In this document: in pieces, positions 63,271 through 64,000 of the stretch
Layout: each line of letters opens with the position of its first letter
Numbering within the stretch: position 1 is the stretch's first letter
Source: Balanoglossus misakiensis
Lineage: Eukaryota > Animalia > Hemichordata
NCBI GenBank assembly: GCA_040954595.2
Contig: CM082595.2
Location: forward strand, 7,182,193 to 7,246,192
DNA length: 64,000 nt
Direction: 5' to 3'
Made by a program: the position numbers and the translations under genes
Notes under the pieces: generated by a model
The model's database searches: none
Seen by the model: the letters and a program-made list of their open reading frames with translations, nothing else
Told to the model about the DNA's origin: nothing

Positions 63271-63563
63271 CTGAGAGGGGAAAAGTATTGAGTAAACATT
63301 GTGTTGTTGTTTGCGTCAGTGATGATGTTATTGACTAGCTTTGTCAGTGCATACTCTGTTTTGGTTGACAATCCCGTTATCCAAATATTAAGCTTTCACA
63401 TAAAAATGAGCAACACGTTACTTCATCGTTTATTCTAGAGCTCCTCTGGTACCAGCATGTGTAGACATACTTTAATTTGCATTTGAATGCCCTCTGCGTT
63501 GTAAGTGTTAATCACCACACTAACTGTGCATTAATTGGCTGCTGGCGTACAACACCAGGGTCA

Positions 63564-63776
63564 TACTGTAAAACGGGTTCTTTTCGCGACAGGAAATTTT
63601 TCGCGATATCAGAAGAGGCAACTGTTACGCGAGGAATAATTTTTGCGTTCTAGTATTTCACTAACTGCATCGTTATCTGCGAATACATTTTACGCGACTT
63701 TTTATATTCACATTTTTTTGGCTCTCGCGCATTTCGCGAAAATTTATTGCTCGCGAAAATAACCCATTTTACAGTA
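63564..63776. mobile_element. TA-flanked TIR MITE (TACTGTAAAA...TTTTACAGTA)
   Basis: tactgtaaaacgggttcttttcgcga / tcgcgaaaataacccattttacagta, with internal ttcgcg repeats. Confidence 0.75.
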
Positions 63777-64000
63777 CACAACAAAGCACCGTCGCGCAAT
63801 TAGAATACGTGAATAATGATGATAGGGACTGCAGACAGAGGGGAGTGCATTCGCTGTGGCCCATGTCACGTGACTATGCTATGCAGTAAATCACACCAAG
63901 TGCACATATTTCCATTCAAGTCTCTCACCGATCAAGGCGAAACATGAGGCTACACTCTCATGTACCCAATTTCGATCCGATGCAGTACATGCATTTTGAA

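Noticed and set aside
1-64000. tRNA, rRNA or other structured RNA genes
   Set aside because: None recognised by eye. The hairpins seen are explained by MITE inverted repeats. A covariance-model scan would be needed to exclude them.

Overview
AT-rich eukaryotic (animal) genomic DNA with spliceosomal GT-AG introns and many transposon remnants; gene and repeat content suggest a marine invertebrate, probably a deuterostome (inference). Gene order: (1) a + strand tandem array of histamine N-methyltransferase (HNMT)-like genes. It has one copy cut by the window edge, one exon-1-only remnant, two intact 290-aa copies, and one chimeric frameshifted copy. (2) Two - strand galactose-3-O-sulfotransferase-family genes (453 aa each) from a ~12-kb segmental duplication. 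(3) A complete 12-exon SLC18B1-like MFS transporter (507 aa). (4) A 3-exon single-domain ATP-grasp ligase (446 aa). (5) A second SLC18B1-like paralog running off the window. All exon structures were reconstructed by hand and are frame-consistent. Main hypothesis (inference): the ATP-grasp ligase, the HNMT-like methyltransferases and two SLC18B1 paralogs that appear to have lost the TM7 amine-binding acidic residue may form an animal small-molecule gene cluster. It would make and store a methylated imidazole-dipeptide- or amide-like compound. Also present: two decayed LINEs, Kolobok-, AcademH- and Tc1/mariner-like MITEs, an orphan GLUT-like exon, and several rearrangement scars.
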